The translations under genes were made by a program, and so were the position numbers. DNA of 64,000 nucleotides. Origin: an uncultured Gemmatimonadaceae bacterium. Lineage in GTDB: Bacteria > Gemmatimonadota > Gemmatimonadetes > Gemmatimonadales > Gemmatimonadaceae. The stretch is from NCBI GenBank assembly GCA_963716745.1, contig OY970320.1, positions 1,440,001-1,504,000 of the forward strand, in the 5' to 3' direction. Shown piece after piece: positions 52,274 through 62,741 of the stretch. Each line of letters opens with the position of its first letter. The first letter of the stretch is position 1. The notes beneath the pieces are model-generated. The model saw only the letters and a program-made list of their open reading frames with translations. It made no database searches and was not told the origin of the DNA.

Positions 52274-52897
52274 CTAGTACTGGGTCGAGCCCGGCTGCTG
52301 TCCCTTCTTGGGCGGGAAGTTGAAGAACATCTGGTTCATCGCGCTCTCGAGCTGCTGCGCACGCCCCTGCATGTCCTCGGCGATCTCGGCCTTCGCATTG
52401 CCGCGCCACACCATCTCGTTGAGCTTGGTGTCCACGAGCACCACGATCAGGTTGCCGAAGGGGATCTGCTGCTGCGTGGTGGTGGAAACGCCCACGCCGC
52501 CGTAGCCCATGCCGCCATAGTAACCGCCGTAGCCGTAGCCGCCCCAACCGCCCCAGCCCGCGCCGTAGCCGTAACCGGAGCTCACCGTGGTGTACTGCGT
52601 CTCCGAATGCTGGTTCGCGCGGTACGTGACGTAGAGCTGCGGATCGGAGGTCGCCTCCGTGAGGCCGCGCTTCTTAAGTGCCGAGTCGATCGCCGCCTTG
52701 ATCCGGTCATTGGCGAAGGGCGGAAGCGACTTGTCCACGGTATCGGGCAGGAAGGCGAAGGTCTTGTACTGCGTGAAGTCGACGTTCGGATTCCAGTCGG
52801 TATTCACCGAGACTTCGTTCGCACACGCGCCGAGCGCGGCGGCGAGCGTGGCCGCGCCGGCGAGCGCGGTGAGGGTGCGGCGGCTGATGAGCATCAC
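52274..52897 (-). CDS. DUF4136 lipoprotein (copy 2)
   Basis: LGAC lipobox, DFTQYKTFAF, Gly/Tyr-rich loop, G.L.V.LVD.....VWRG. Confidence 0.85.
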   Translation of the reverse strand: MMLISRRTLTALAGAATLAAALGACANEVSVNTDWNPNVDFTQYKTFAFLPDTVDKSLPPFANDRIKAAIDSALKKRGLTEATSDPQLYVTYRANQHSETQYTTVSSGYGYGAGWGGWGGYGYGGYYGGMGYGGVGVSTTTQQQIPFGNLIVVLVDTKLNEMVWRGNAKAEIAEDMQGRAQQLESAMNQMFFNFPPKKGQQPGSTQY

Positions 52898-53059
52898 GGT
52901 GAACGGTCCTCGTGCAAAAGGAACGCTGCCGCCTCGTGCGGCAGGGCTGACTAGCTTACGGCGCGGCTAGGGCAAAGTTCCCGCGCCACCCTCTAAAACT
53001 GCGCGGCGGACCGACCCGAGGCCAGCCCGCCGCGCGCCCCATGACATGGGACGAAAGTC

Positions 53060-53656
53060 CTAGAACTGGTTACTGCTCGGCATCACGCCGGCCTTCGGCG
53101 GGAACTGCGCGAACAGCTGCTGCATCGACTGTTGCACGAGCTGCGCGTTGGACTCGTTGTCGTTGAGCTGCGCGTTCGCCTCGCCGCGCCATACAAGCTG
53201 GTTCAGCTTGGGGTCGAACATCGCGAGCGTGAGCGCGCCATAGGGGATCTGCTGCGCCGTCGTGGTGGAGACGCCGCCGCCGTAGCCGCCCCAATAGCCG
53301 CCGTAGCCGCCCCACGCCGGGCCGTAGCCGTAGCCGCCGTAGCCGACGGTGGTGTACTGCGTTTGATGGCTGAGGTTGACGCGGTAGATCACGATGATCT
53401 GCGGATTGGAATCGTCGCGCGTGAGGCCGTGCGACAACATCTGATCAGCGATCGCTTGCCGGATGCGCTGCTGGGTGAAGTTCGAGTACGGCACGGTGTC
53501 GTTCTTGAACGTCCACGTCTTGTACTTCGTGAAGTCGATGGTGGTGTTCCAGTCGGTGTTCACGGTGAGCGAGCTGCAACCCAGCGCCACACAGATGGCG
53601 GCCAGCGCCGCGGCGCGCGCGATCACTTTGGCCGCTCTCACAGATGTCGTGCGCAT
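53060..53656 (-). CDS. DUF4136 lipoprotein (copy 1)
   Basis: ALGC lipobox, DFTKYKTW, Gly/Tyr-rich loop, GALTLAMFD.....VWRG, FPPK. Confidence 0.85.
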   Translation of the reverse strand: MRTTSVRAAKVIARAAALAAICVALGCSSLTVNTDWNTTIDFTKYKTWTFKNDTVPYSNFTQQRIRQAIADQMLSHGLTRDDSNPQIIVIYRVNLSHQTQYTTVGYGGYGYGPAWGGYGGYWGGYGGGVSTTTAQQIPYGALTLAMFDPKLNQLVWRGEANAQLNDNESNAQLVQQSMQQLFAQFPPKAGVMPSSNQF

Positions 53657-53679
53657 TTCCGGTCTCCTCAGCAGGTGGG

Positions 53680-54039
53680 TCACGGTTCGCCGCGATAGAC
53701 GCACCCGGAGGTGCAGGTCTCCTTCACGGTAATGGCGGACAGGCCCGCCAGCCTTGGCGCGAGACGCTCCCAGATCCAGCGCGCGATGCGCTCGCTCGTG
53801 GGATTGTCGAGCCCGTCGATCTCGTTCAAGTAGCGATGATCGAGCGTATCGATCAGCGGCTCGGCGGCCGCCTTCACATCGGCGAAGTCCATCACCCATC
53901 CGAGCCGCGCGTCGAGCGCGCCGGCGACGTGGACGGTCACGCGGAACGAATGCCCGTGGAGGCGCGCGCACTTATGCCCCTCGGGCACGTTCGGCAGGCG
54001 GTGCGCCGCCTCGAAGCTGAACTCTCTGAATATCTCCAT
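53680..54039 (-). CDS. queD: 6-carboxy-5,6,7,8-tetrahydropterin synthase
   Basis: FEAAH, CARLHGHS, LDHRYLN, NPTSE, KET. Confidence 0.95.
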   Translation of the reverse strand: MEIFREFSFEAAHRLPNVPEGHKCARLHGHSFRVTVHVAGALDARLGWVMDFADVKAAAEPLIDTLDHRYLNEIDGLDNPTSERIARWIWERLAPRLAGLSAITVKETCTSGCVYRGEP

Positions 54040-54049
54040 CGGCGCCGCG

Positions 54050-54685
54050 CTAGGGAAGACCGAGCAGTTTATGCGTCTGCAGACTCAGCCGCCAGCGCGG
54101 GTGTGCCAGACAATACTCGATGGCGAGCGCGGTGTTCCGCTCGCGATCGGCGCCATCCATCGGCTGCAGGAAGAAATGCCGGAACTCGAGCGACTCGAAA
54201 CGCGCGGGCGGCGCCAGCTCCTGCGGGAAGACCAGCTTGAGCTCGTCGCCTGCGCGGAGCACGACGAGCGCGGCCGCTTTCGGGCTCACGCACACCCAAT
54301 CCACGGGCGTCTTGAGCGGCTGCGTGCCATTCGTCTCGATCGCGACGCGGAATCCGCGCTCGTGCAGCGCATCGACGGCCGGCGCGTCGAGCTGCAGCGT
54401 GGGTTCGCCGCCGGTGCACACCACGAGGCGCTCGTCCGCGCTCGCGGCCGGCCACTGCGCTTCCACGGCGGCCGCGAGCTGCGCGGCATCCGCGAACTTG
54501 CCGCCGTTCGGGCCGTCGGTGCCCACGAAATCGGTGTCGCAGAAATCGCAGACGGCGCTCGCGCGATCCGCCTCGCGACCCGTCCACAGGTTGCACCCCG
54601 CGAATCGCAGGAACACGGCGGCGTGCCCTGTCTGCGCGCCCTCGCCTTGCAGCGTGTAGTAGATCTCCTTCACGGTGTACGTCAT
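54050..54685 (-). CDS. queE: 7-carboxy-7-deazaguanine synthase (short CX14CX2C type)
   Basis: [51 protein letters not shown]. Confidence 0.95.
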   Translation of the reverse strand: MTYTVKEIYYTLQGEGAQTGHAAVFLRFAGCNLWTGREADRASAVCDFCDTDFVGTDGPNGGKFADAAQLAAAVEAQWPAASADERLVVCTGGEPTLQLDAPAVDALHERGFRVAIETNGTQPLKTPVDWVCVSPKAAALVVLRAGDELKLVFPQELAPPARFESLEFRHFFLQPMDGADRERNTALAIEYCLAHPRWRLSLQTHKLLGLP

Positions 54686-55374
54686 GGCGCGGCGTACGGG
54701 ATCGGGTCGGTCGCGCCCGCCTGTTCGAATCCCCGGCGGCGCAGCAGGCACGCATCGCAGCGGCCGCAACTGGCGCCGTCGGCGCGCGGATCGTAGCAGC
54801 TGCGCGTGAGCGCATAGTCCACGCCCAGGGCGAGGCCGCGGCGGATGATCTCCGACTTCGTGAGATCGAGCAGCGGCGCGTGGATGCGCAGATGCCCGCC
54901 TTCGACGCCGGCGCGCGTTGCGAGATTCGCCATCTGCTCGAACGACGCGAGATACTCGGGCCGGCAGTCGGGGTAGCCCGAGTAGTCGAGCGCGTTCACG
55001 CCGATGAAGATGTCCTCGGCGCCCGACACCTCGGCGAACGCGAGCGCGAACGAGAGGAAGATCGTGTTGCGCGCCGGCACGTACGTCACCGGGATGCCGC
55101 CGCCGATCTCCTCGGCGCGCTCGTGCTTGGGCACCTCGATGTCGGCGGTGAGCGCGGAGCCGCCGAAGGCGCGCAGATCGATCTCGGTGACGACATGCCG
55201 CTTCGCGCCCAGCGCCTTCGCGACGCGCGCGGCGAAGTCGAGTTCGCCCGCGTGGCGCTGGCCGTAGCGAAAGGAGAGCGCGTGCGTCTCATAGCCTTCG
55301 GCGCGCGCGATCGCGAGCGTCGTGGCCGAGTCGAGCCCGCCGGACAGGAGAACCACCGCGCGCTTGGGAAACAT
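54682..55374 (-). CDS. queC: 7-cyano-7-deazaguanine synthase
   Basis: SGGLDS, YGQRH, TYVPARN, GYPDCR, SCY...CGRCDAC. Confidence 0.97.
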   Translation of the reverse strand: MFPKRAVVLLSGGLDSATTLAIARAEGYETHALSFRYGQRHAGELDFAARVAKALGAKRHVVTEIDLRAFGGSALTADIEVPKHERAEEIGGGIPVTYVPARNTIFLSFALAFAEVSGAEDIFIGVNALDYSGYPDCRPEYLASFEQMANLATRAGVEGGHLRIHAPLLDLTKSEIIRRGLALGVDYALTRSCYDPRADGASCGRCDACLLRRRGFEQAGATDPIPYAAP

Positions 55375-55420
55375 GGTGTGAAAGTTATTACTCCGGCCAC
55401 CGATTGGGCGATAGCGTAGG

Positions 55421-55527
55421 GTTCATCATCTTCATCATGATGTGCATCGTGTCAATCCTGTCAAAGCAGTTCTCTTACTTGCAACACAACTACTTTGACA
55501 GGATTAACGTGATGAAAATATGATGAC
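55421..55527. repeat. Family A repeat pair in outward orientation
   Basis: TTCATCATG...AATCCTGTCAAAGC, then CAACACAACTACTTTGACAGGATTAACGTGAT; same arms as 1373-1471 in swapped order. Confidence 0.88.
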
Positions 55528-55569
55528 TGCACGTGGACGGGCGTGGAGCGCGCAGGTAGACTGTCGAGC

Positions 55570-58522
55570 ATGAGGAACCTCATGACTTCGCGGCGCGCGA
55601 AGTGGGTCATTGGCACCCTCGTGTCGCTGGTGATCCTGTATGCGATAGCGGGATTCTTCATCGCGCCGCGGATCGTGCGCGCGCGGCTCGCGAAGGAGAT
55701 CGGGGCGGCGCTGCACCGACCGGCGGCGGTCGGGCCCGTGAGAGTGAACCCCTTCACCTTTGCGGTGACGGTGGACAGCCTTCGCGTCGCGGACCGCGAT
55801 GGCGCGATGCTCTTCGCGTGGGATGAGTTCTACATCAACTTCGAGCTCGTCTCAATGCTGCACCGCGAGCTCGACTTCGCGGAGGTCCGCATCGTGCGGC
55901 CGTACGGACGCTTGGTGGTGCGGCGCGACGGCTCGCTCAATGTGACGGACATCGTCGACTCGATGCGAGCGGCGCCGAGCACGGGGCCGGCGCCCGTGCT
56001 CTCGATCGACGCGCTGCATATCGAAGGTGCGCGGCTCGACGTGCTCGACAGCGCCACCGCGCGCCCATTCGCGACGACCATCGGTCCGTGGCGCATCGAC
56101 CTCTCGGCGTTCGCGACGCGGCGTGACAACAACAGCCGCTATTCGTTCTCGGGACGCACCGAGAGCGGCGAATCGTTCGCCTGGGCCGGCACGGTCACGG
56201 TGAATCCGCTCCGGTCCGCGGGCGAGTTCTCGCTCGACAGTCTCAAGCTCCGGAAGTACGGTCCGTTCTACGAGCGCACCGTTGCCTTCGACGTCGTGCG
56301 CGGCGTCGCCGGCATCAAAGCGAACTACGACATCGACTTCGCGCCCGCGACCCGCAAGATGCAGCTCACCGGCGGCGAGCTGCGCGTTGGCGACCTCGCC
56401 ATCGTCGAGCGCGGACGCACCGACACCGCGATCGCCGTACGCGACCTCGTGATCGCTCGCGTGAGCCTGGACGCCGTAGCCAGGCGCGCCTACATAGGCG
56501 AGATCACGTCGCGCGCGGGCGTGCTCAACGCACTCCGCAATCGCGACAGCACGATGAACGTGTTCCGCCTGATGGCGACGCCGAAGGATTCCGGCGCCGC
56601 GCCGGCGAAGCCCTGGCGCTGGTCGATCGCGCGCATCGCCGCCGACAGCTACACGGTGAATTACCTCGACTCGGCCACGGTAAAGCCCGCGAAGATCGGT
56701 GTGAAGTACGCCGCGCTCACGCTCGACAGTCTCTCGAGCGATTCCGCGCGCGTCTCCGGCCTGCACGCGACGGCGACCTGGGGGCAGCGCGGCGCGCTCC
56801 AGGCCGATGGCAGCATCGCGATCTGGAAGCACACCGGCGATCTGCAAGTGCAGGCGCGCGATGTCTCGCTGAGGCCCTTCGAGCCGTACGGCGCGCCGAA
56901 GATGAACCTCGTGATCAGCGACGGGCGCCTCGCTGCGACCGCACACATCACGTACAACGTCGCCGATTCGCTGCACCCCGACTTCACGTACAAGGGCGAT
57001 CTGCGCATCGACCGCTTCGCCACGGTGGATGGCAAGGACCGCCTCCCCTTCTTCAGCTTCTCGGCGCTGCGATTCACCGGCGTGGACTACGCACTCAAGA
57101 CGAACCGCCTCGTGATGAAGGAGATCCGCCTCGACGATCCGGCCGTGTTCTTCCGGATCGCGGAGGACGGCACGTCGTCCATGCGCACCATCTTCCCGAC
57201 GTCTGGCGGCGACAGTACGGACGCAGATTCCTCCGCCACGCACGACTCGGCGCCGCCACCACCGAAGGCCACGGCCGCGCGCGCGGCGGCCAGCGCCGAC
57301 TCACGCAGTAAAATCAGTTCCGGAAAGACCTCCATCGGCCGCGTCGTGATCAACAACGGCTCGATCCATCTCGACGACAAGTCGCTGCAGCCGGCCGTCG
57401 CCTTTGGCGTCACCAAGATGAACGCCGTGACCGGCCGGCTCTCTTCGGACTCGCTCGGCAGCGGCACGCTCGATATGACCGCCTCGATCGATGACGTCGC
57501 GCCAGTGAAGATCAGCGGCCGGTTCAATCCGCTGAGCGACAAGGAAGGGAGCGATCTCGTGGTCGACCTGCAGGGGATGGAGCTGGTGCCCGTGGGACCC
57601 TACTCCGGGAAATACCTCGGCTACCTGATCGCGAAGGGGAAGATGAAGGTGGAGATGAAGTACCGCGTCGTGGGCCGGCAGCTCAAGTCCGAGAACAAAC
57701 TGACGCTCGACGAGTTCGATTTCGGCGACAAGACCGAGAGCAAGGAAGCGACGACGATGCCGGTGAAGCTCGGCTTCGCGATCATGCGCGACCGCAGCGG
57801 ACAGATCGTGTTCGACGTGCCGATCGAGGGGAATCTGGACGATCCGGATTTCCACTTCGGCCGCGTGATCGGGCGCGCGATCCTGAACGTGCTGACGAAA
57901 CTCATCACGTCGCCTTTCAAGCTGCTGGGCGGCATGTTCGGCGGTGGCACCACGGCGGACCTGAGCTATGCGGAGTTCGCGCCGGGCACGTCCGCGCTCG
58001 CGCCGGCTGAGGACAAGAAACTCGACGTGCTGGCGAAGTCGCTCTTCGAACGGCCGGCGCTCAAGCTCGGCATCGCGGGCGCAGTGGATACCGTGGCCGA
58101 TCCCGCGGCGCTTCGCACCGCGAAGCTCGAGGCGCAGATGCGGCTCAAAAAATGGACCGCGCTCAAGGCCAAGGATCCGAACACGCCGCCGGTGGACAGC
58201 GTGGTGCTCACGCCCGAGGAGCGCGACAAGCAATTGACGGCGGCGTTCGTGGTCGCGTTCCCGGCGGACAGCGCCGTACTCGCGGCGAAGAAGGCGAAGA
58301 GCAGCGCGCCTCTCTACCCGGCCGCCGAGAATGGAGCGTCGGCTTGCGGCGACGATCGCGATCACCCCGGACGATCTGCACCTTCTCGCGACGGCGCGCG
58401 CGAAGGCGTGCCTCGATTATCTACTCAGCGTACCCGCGAACAAGATCGAAGTGGAGCGGGTCTTTCTCACCGAGGGATCGACGCAAACGGTGGGAACGAG
58501 AGCGGTGTTCACACTTCAATAA
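55570..58522 (+). CDS. DUF748 (AsmA-like) protein with OmpA-like tail (apparent +1 frameshift near 58330)
   Basis: N-terminal TM + YAIAGFF, VRVNPFT, repeated beta-groove segments, PYSGKYLGY.I.KGK, PIEGNLDDPDF, ITSPFKLLG; ends LATARA...VERVFL in the next frame. Confidence 0.85.
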
Positions 58523-58530
58523 CCGCTTTC

Positions 58531-58653
58531 ACTACCGGGAACCGATTACCGGGAACCGGTATGGCATGAACACACATGGTGTACTACCCTGCGTGAGTAG
58601 TACACCATGTGTTGTCATGCATCACCGGTTCCCGGTGATCGGTTCCCGGCAGT
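58531..58653. repeat. Long intergenic hairpin, family C, between convergent genes
   Basis: ACTACCGGGAACCGATTACCGGGAACCGGT...ACACATGGTGTACTAC-N9-GTAGTACACCATGTGT...ACCGGTTCCCGGTGATCGGTTCCCGGCAGT. Confidence 0.9.
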
Positions 58654-58659
58654 TCGCAG

Positions 58660-59670
58660 TTAGGGTTCCACCACCAGCACCACGAACGATCCCGGCACCA
58701 TGGGTGGTCTCGGCCGCGGATTCTCCGTCGTAGGCGCTGGCGCAGCGCCAAATTCGGCGGTCACGGTATAGATGAAGTGCGTGCGCTCGTCGAGCGCCAT
58801 CGTGCGCGCACGCGCCTGCGTCGGCACGGTCGCGGCCACGGCGTACGCGCCCGGCCCGGTGGCCTTGATCACCGTGATCGTCCCCTCGCCGTTCGAGCTG
58901 AACGCCAGCCCCGTGCCCGCATCATATGCGGCCGCGTCCACGCCTTCGCCGATCGGCACGGTCGTCACGAGCTTACCCGTCTTGTAATCGACCACGGCCA
59001 TGACCTTGTTGCCGCACGCCGAGAAGAGCACACCGTGCACGCGATCGATCGCGAGCCCGCTCGGCTCCTCGCAGCCCGCCATCATCCACGGCGCCTTCGC
59101 GGTGAGCGTCTTGGCATCGAACGCCGTGACGGCGCCATCCTTGTTCTCGATGTTCACGAACACCGTGCCCTTGCCGTCGTGCTGCGCGAACTCAGGCTTG
59201 CCGCTGAGCGGTATCGAGCCCAGCACCGCGCCGTTCGTCGCATCGAGCGCGGTCGCGTTCGAACTGCCGCCGTTGAAGGTGAACACGCGCTTCGTCACGG
59301 GCTCGTAGAGGATCGCGTCCGGATTGCGCGCAGGCACCTTCACGTTCGCGATCACCGCGAGCGTGTGCAGATCGAAGATCGTGACGCTCGAGTCGCGCCC
59401 GTTGCTCGTGAAGCCGCGGCCGAGATCGTACGCCAGCGCGATCCCGTGCACGCCCAGCGTGTTCGGGATGTCGCCCACGACTTTCTCGCTGTCAGTGCTG
59501 ATCACCATCGTGTGCGTTCCGCGCGAGATGAACAGGCGATGATTGATCGTATCGACGGTGAGATAGTCCCATCCGCCTTCGCCGCCCACGGTGAGCTTGC
59601 GCGCCACGTGATAGTTCGGCGATACGAGTGCGATCGCCGCCAAGGCCGCCAAGGCCAGGAATGTCTTCAT
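58660..59670 (-). CDS. YncE/YVTN-type beta-propeller secreted protein
   Basis: Signal peptide; GEGGWDYLTVD, GVHGIA, NPDAILYEP, GKPEFA, CEEPSGLAID, ARTMALD. Confidence 0.85.
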   Translation of the reverse strand: MKTFLALAALAAIALVSPNYHVARKLTVGGEGGWDYLTVDTINHRLFISRGTHTMVISTDSEKVVGDIPNTLGVHGIALAYDLGRGFTSNGRDSSVTIFDLHTLAVIANVKVPARNPDAILYEPVTKRVFTFNGGSSNATALDATNGAVLGSIPLSGKPEFAQHDGKGTVFVNIENKDGAVTAFDAKTLTAKAPWMMAGCEEPSGLAIDRVHGVLFSACGNKVMAVVDYKTGKLVTTVPIGEGVDAAAYDAGTGLAFSSNGEGTITVIKATGPGAYAVAATVPTQARARTMALDERTHFIYTVTAEFGAAPAPTTENPRPRPPMVPGSFVVLVVEP

Positions 59671-62600
59671 CGGGTGCTCCGGCTGAGAGTGAAATCCCGT
59701 CCGCGGATCGCCACGAGCAGGGTTGGAACAACGTAGAGTGTGATCGGAGTCGAGAGGGCGAGCCCGCCGATCACCGCGAGCGCGAGCGGCCGCTGCAATT
59801 CCGCACCGGCCCCGAGGCCGAGCGCGAGCGGCAGCAGGCCGAACAGCGTACAGAGCGTGGTCATGAGGATCGGCCGCAGGCGCACGCGCGCCGCATCCTG
59901 GATCGCGCGCTCGAGCGTGACGCCGTCCAGCGTCATCCGGCGGCGCGTGAAGTCCAGCAGGATGATGCCGTTCTTGACGATGAGCCCCACCAGCAGGATC
60001 AGCCCCATGAGCGAGCTGACATTGAGCGGCGTTCCGGTGACGAGCAGCAGGACCACCGCGCCCGCGAAGCTCACCGGCGCCGCGAGCACCACCACTAGCG
60101 GCTCGATGAAGCTCTGGAACTGCAGCACCATTACCGCCACGACGCTCACCGCGGCGAGCGCGAGCACGATGAGCAGCGCGCGGAACGCCTCCTGCTGATT
60201 CGCGTACTGCCCGCCGATCTCGAGTCGGATGCCGGCGGGCGGCGGGTTCGCGGCGAGGACGTCGCGCACATCGCGCATCACGCTGCCCAGTGCGCGGCCG
60301 GATACGTCGGACGTGATCGCGATCATCTGCTGCTGGTTCTCGCGGTTCAATTCCGCGCGCGTCTCGCCGGGCGTGACCGTCGCGAGCGCGGACAACGGCA
60401 CGGCGCCATGCGAGACACCGGCCGCGACCGGCAGCGCGCCGAGGCGCAGCGGATCGTAGCGCACCGAGTCAGGCGCGCGGACGCGCACGCCGATCGAGCG
60501 GTCGTCGAGGTGCATCTCTCCCGCCGGAACGCCCAGCAACGCGCCGCTCACCGCCGCGCCGACCTGCTCCGGATCGAGACCCACCCGCGCCGCCTCGGCG
60601 GCGCGCACGCGCATCAACATCTCGGCGGCGGGCTCGCTCACACCGGAGTAGAGGTCCTCCACGCCATCGACTTTCGCGATCTTCGGCGCGAGCTCCTTCG
60701 CATAGCCCTCGAGCTGCGCGAGCTGCTCGCCGTACAACTTGAGCTCCACGGGCTTGGCCGCGCCCGCGAGATCGTTGATCACATCGGAAAGGATCTGCAC
60801 GAACTCAATGCGAAGCCGCGGCACCGAGGAATTGATCTTCGTGCGCGCTTCGTCGATGATCTCGAAGCTCGTTGCCGAACGCGCCGAACGCGGCGCGAGC
60901 CGCACCACGATGTCACCGCGGTTCTGTTCGGTGGCGAAGAGGCCCAACTCCGCGCCCAGGCGGCGCGACGTGCCCTCGACGCCGGGGATCCCGGCGAGCA
61001 CGCGCTCCGCCTCGCGCACCATCCGGTCACTCTCGGCGAGCGACGTGCCGCCCGGCGTATAGTAGTCGAGCACGAAAGCGCCCTCGTCCATCTCCGGAAG
61101 GAACGATGTGCCCACGAATCGATCGGCCACCACGCCGATGACCACGAGCGTGAAGGCGGCCGCCGCCACGAGGCGCGGCCGGTGCAGTACGTTGTCGAGC
61201 GAGCGCTCGTAGCGCGCGGAGAGCCCGTTCAGCGCGCGTCCCACCGCGGCGAGCAGGCCGCCGCTGGCGCCTGACTTCTCGACATCGTGCGCCGTGATGT
61301 ACTGCTCGCTGAGCAGCGGGATGATCGTGAGCGCGAGCACCAGCGAGACGAGTACGGCAATGGTGAGCGTGATCGAGAGCGCCGTGAAGAACTGCCCGAC
61401 CACGCCCTCGAGGAGCCCGAGCGGCAGGAAGACCACGACCGTCGTGATGGTGGAGGTGGTCACCGGCCAGATCAGTTCCTGCACAGCCTCGCGGATCGCC
61501 GTCCCGCGATCGGACGTGAGCACGAGATGCCGCGCGATGTTCTCGGTGATCACCACGGCATCGTCGATCACGAGCCCGATGGCGATCGCCATCGCGCCGA
61601 GCGTCATCAGATTGAACGTCTGGCCCGCGAGGCTCATCACGAACACCGTGATCGCCATCGTGAGCGGGATCGAACTCGCGCTCACCGCCGTGATCCGCGC
61701 GTGCCCCAGGAATGCGAGCAGCACGAGCACGGCGAGCACGGCGCCGATGAGCATTGCATCGCGCACGCTCGCCACCGCATCGCGCACCAGCGTCGCCTGG
61801 TCGTAGAGCGGCGTGAGCCGTACGCCGGCTGGCAGCAGCGGCGCGATCGCGGCTACGGCGCGCGTGATGCTGTCGGCGATGAGCAGCGTGTTGCCGCCGG
61901 GCTGCCGCGTGACATTCAGCAGCGCCGCGGGGCGTCCGTCGCCGGCGATGATGCGCGTGTGATCCTCGGTGCCGAGCGTGACCGTCGCGATGTCGCGCAC
62001 GCGCAGGCCGTTCGGGAGCACTACCGCGCCAATGTCCTCGGCGGCGTGCGCTTCCTGATCGGTCACGATCAGGTACTGCTTGTAATCCTGCGACACCCGT
62101 CCCACGGCGGCCACCGAGATCGCCCGGCGGATCGCGCCGGCGAGATCGTCGTAGCTCATGCCCATCGCCGCCAATCGCGCTGGATCGGCCACGACCTCCA
62201 CCTCGCGCGTGTCGGTGCCCTGCACGTCCACGCGGCCCACGCCGGGGATGCGCGCGAGCACCGGCTTCACTTGGTAGCGCGCGATGTCGAAGAGCGTCGC
62301 GGGATCGCCCCCCTCGAGATTGTACGAGAGGATCGGGAAGAGCGAAGGCGTGAGGCGCTCGACCTCTATCTGAAGCCCGGCGGGCAACTCGGATTGCACC
62401 TGGTTCACGCGCGCCTGCACCTGCTGGAGCGCGAACTGCATGTCGGTGTTCGGCGAGAAATAGATCGAGATCTCACTCGCGCCGCGGATCGTCCGCGAGT
62501 GCACTCGCACGACGCCGGGCACGATCGACACCGCTTCTTCCAGCGGGCGCGTGGACGCGAAGATCATCTGTCGCGCGCCGAGTGCCGCGCCTTCCGCGAC

Positions 62601-62741
62601 GATCGTGACGCGCGGGAATTTCAGTTCGGGATAGATCGCGGAGGGGAGACGCGTCGCGGACCAGATGCCGGCCACGCTCGCGAGGGCCACGACGAGATAC
62701 ACGAACCGCCGCTGGGCGGTCAGCAGGTCGAACAGCTTCAC
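59667..62741 (-). CDS. RND efflux permease (CusA/CzcA-like)
   Basis: 1024 aa; NLMTLGAMAIAIGLVIDDAVVITEN, FLPEMDEG, KNGIILLD, RLRPILMT. Confidence 0.93.
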   Translation of the reverse strand: MKLFDLLTAQRRFVYLVVALASVAGIWSATRLPSAIYPELKFPRVTIVAEGAALGARQMIFASTRPLEEAVSIVPGVVRVHSRTIRGASEISIYFSPNTDMQFALQQVQARVNQVQSELPAGLQIEVERLTPSLFPILSYNLEGGDPATLFDIARYQVKPVLARIPGVGRVDVQGTDTREVEVVADPARLAAMGMSYDDLAGAIRRAISVAAVGRVSQDYKQYLIVTDQEAHAAEDIGAVVLPNGLRVRDIATVTLGTEDHTRIIAGDGRPAALLNVTRQPGGNTLLIADSITRAVAAIAPLLPAGVRLTPLYDQATLVRDAVASVRDAMLIGAVLAVLVLLAFLGHARITAVSASSIPLTMAITVFVMSLAGQTFNLMTLGAMAIAIGLVIDDAVVITENIARHLVLTSDRGTAIREAVQELIWPVTTSTITTVVVFLPLGLLEGVVGQFFTALSITLTIAVLVSLVLALTIIPLLSEQYITAHDVEKSGASGGLLAAVGRALNGLSARYERSLDNVLHRPRLVAAAAFTLVVIGVVADRFVGTSFLPEMDEGAFVLDYYTPGGTSLAESDRMVREAERVLAGIPGVEGTSRRLGAELGLFATEQNRGDIVVRLAPRSARSATSFEIIDEARTKINSSVPRLRIEFVQILSDVINDLAGAAKPVELKLYGEQLAQLEGYAKELAPKIAKVDGVEDLYSGVSEPAAEMLMRVRAAEAARVGLDPEQVGAAVSGALLGVPAGEMHLDDRSIGVRVRAPDSVRYDPLRLGALPVAAGVSHGAVPLSALATVTPGETRAELNRENQQQMIAITSDVSGRALGSVMRDVRDVLAANPPPAGIRLEIGGQYANQQEAFRALLIVLALAAVSVVAVMVLQFQSFIEPLVVVLAAPVSFAGAVVLLLVTGTPLNVSSLMGLILLVGLIVKNGIILLDFTRRRMTLDGVTLERAIQDAARVRLRPILMTTLCTLFGLLPLALGLGAGAELQRPLALAVIGGLALSTPITLYVVPTLLVAIRGRDFTLSRSTR

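Noticed and set aside
52965..53000. CCCTCTAAAACT resembling a preQ1-I 3' segment
   Set aside because: On the opposite strand to the que genes, lacks the complementary 5' stem, and has no downstream + strand gene
52500..53345. GCCGTA-type short repeats
   Set aside because: Simply encode the Gly/Tyr-rich loops of the DUF4136 proteins
55375..55430. preQ1 riboswitch upstream of queC
   Set aside because: No matching stem or A-rich tail; a -10-like box lies 7 nt from the ATG, leaving no leader
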